Shown in pieces: positions 62,276-64,000 of a stretch of DNA of 64,000 bases (its first letter is position 1; every line of letters begins with the position of its first letter). The translations under genes were made by a program, and so were the position numbers. The notes below the pieces were generated by a model that was given only the letters and a program-made list of their open reading frames with translations, was not told the DNA's origin and ran no database searches. The DNA is from Diadema antillarum (taxonomy: Eukaryota): the NCBI RefSeq assembly GCF_040938485.1, contig NW_027270892.1, forward strand, positions 1,922,001 to 1,986,000. The letters run 5' to 3'.

Positions 62276-62827
62276 AGGGAACCAAAACTCCATGAGCAAT
62301 GTGGATTGAGAGAAAGCAACATTATTAGAACACATAATGAAAGTTTGAGGAAAATTGGACAATCGATGCAAAAGTTATGAATTTTTAAAGTTTTGGTGCA
62401 GTAATCACTGGATAAGGAGACTACTTCAGTTTATGACATCATGTGTGGACAACAATATAAAGAGAATATAGAGAAAATTCAACATGCTTTTACTTTTCTA
62501 GCGTAATGAAAGAGCACTTGACTAACCTCTTTCAGAAAGCAGGGGGAATGATATTACCCTTAACATATGTCAGTAACAAGTTGATGGAATATGTAATTTT
62601 CATGAAAAACGAATTTTTGTGGAATTCTTCTTTTATTTTCTATATATTGTTGTCCACACATGACATAATGAACTCTAGTAGTCTCCTTATCCAGTCATTA
62701 CAACACCAAAAGTTTAAAAATTCTTAACTTTTGCATCGATTGTCCGATTTACCTCAAACTTTCACCTGTGTTCTGCTAATGTTGCTGCTTTCATTCAATC
62801 CACATTTCTCGTGGGGTTTGGTTTCCT
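62276..62827. mobile_element. TTAA-flanked Kolobok-like non-autonomous element
   Basis: TTAA|AGGGAACCAAAAC ... GTTTGGTTTCCT|TTAA; internal similarity to 31423-32347. Confidence 0.72.
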
Positions 62828-63201
62828 TTAAGGTGAATTCACTCAGTATAGTTTTCGAAATCAACGTGTTAGCTAAGTTACTATTTAATAATGTTTCAAG
62901 TATATTAAAAAATATCTAATAATGTTTCAAGTATATTAAAAAGAACAATATTGGAGCTACATGGTCCTAAATGCCACTAGTATCACTGATATTGTGTAAA
63001 ACTGAAGCTTCAAAAACAAACCAGGCTTAAAAGTGGTTGTTATTATACCCTGGTAATTGTTCAAAGAGGTACAAAAGCTGTGAGTGAGGAGTGAGCAGAT
63101 CTACGTTACTTGATTAAATCCATAGATAGAAAGGTTTCAGCAAAAGTGTAATAGCGCGTTGAAATGAGCTGATGCTATTTACTTGGTGTGATCTCAGTTA
63201 A

Positions 63202-63606
63202 AGGGGATGGCTAGTACCTGATCAGTGGGAATCAATGGGAATGCTGGGGAATGATTGTTCCAATCCTTGTGGGATTCATTTAAGAGTACATTATATATCT
63301 ATTGTTGTTTGAAAATTATTTGCTTCAGAATGGTCTCATATTGAAGTGATGTGCAGTTTAATGTTTCCAGGTTAGCATGCCTGTACAGTGTCGGGGCGAT
63401 CGTTAACGGGCCGTTAACTATCGCCCCTTCACTGTACAGGCATGCTAACCTGGAAACATTAAACTGCACATTACTTGAATATGAGACCATTCTGAAGCAA
63501 ATAATTTTAACACATAATGTACACTTGAATGAACCCCACAAGGATTGGAACAATCATCCCCCAGCATTTCCACTGATTCCCACTGATCAGGTACTAGCCA
63601 TCCCCT
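63202..63606. mobile_element. 405-bp foldback (near-fully palindromic) TTAA-flanked MITE
   Basis: TTAA|AGGGGATGGCTAGTACCTGATCAGTGGGAATC ... GATTCCCACTGATCAGGTACTAGCCATCCCCT|TTAA; the arms pair up to the centre GTTAACGGGCCGTTAAC. Confidence 0.85.
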
Positions 63607-63792
63607 TTAACCTGTCATTGTACGTGACTAAGCCACTGATAAGTGTTTTACTTAAAACTGTAAGGTTGTCTGTTATTTTGTCTTTCCCTCTTTCTTTGAT
63701 GGAATACCCTGTATCAAGAAACAATTCGCTGTGTGTTTGACACGATATCAGCTACTTAGTGAGGTTTTGTATAGCATGTGAACAGGGTATTA

Positions 63793-64000
63793 CAGAGACT
63801 CCAACTCTCCCGTTTTCGACGGGAGATCTCCCGCCGAAAACCCACTTTTGCAAAATCTCCCTTTCTATCGTTTGAGATTTGATTCCTCCCGCCCTGGCTC
63901 AATGTCTCCCGTTGGAAAGGATTTCTTACTTATTGCTATCGTATGTTGCAAAAATAAGCCTTAGATAGCACCAGAGAGCATCTATAACCCTATAGGAACT
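63793..64000. mobile_element. Probable left end of another IS3EU-like element, cut off by the window edge
   Basis: CAGAGACTCCAACTCTCCC start resembles the 24395 and 27285 termini, followed by CTCCC-rich subterminal motifs; no partner end visible. Confidence 0.35.

Noticed and set aside
1-64000. CACGTG E-box enrichment across the locus
   Set aside because: About a dozen sites in 64 kb is close to chance expectation.

Overview
AT-rich, intron-rich animal genomic DNA. The repeat landscape suggests a marine invertebrate, probably an echinoderm such as a sea urchin (inference only). There is one 215-N gap at 48240-48454. Two host genes can be rebuilt exon by exon: a PAR-bZIP factor (HLF/TEF/DBP/Pdp1 family, minus strand, 3 coding exons, 308 aa) and the copper chaperone ATOX1 (plus strand, 3 coding exons, 71 aa). 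The main feature is an apparently intact 17,947-bp AcademH(P)-type DNA transposon at 29550-47496, flanked by a perfect 9-bp TSD (CTCTAACGT) and sitting about 110 nt inside HLF intron 1. It encodes a 13-exon DDE transposase with two ING-like PHD fingers and a convergent RecQ-like helicase. Its ends are not a conventional TIR pair. Two miniature relatives (103 bp and 135 bp, each with an 8/9 TSD) show the same asymmetric ends, and all three insertions lie next to a start codon or first exon. This suggests PHD-guided, promoter-proximal targeting (hypothesis). The helicase splice acceptor is in frame with HLF exon 1, so a gene-trap fusion is possible. The rest of the window holds many non-autonomous elements (TA, TTAA, 5-bp and 6-bp TSD classes, a Helentron-like element, a tRNA-derived SINE), a 169-bp dimeric satellite carrying CRE palindromes, and simple repeats. 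All exon models were read by hand; no database searches were run.
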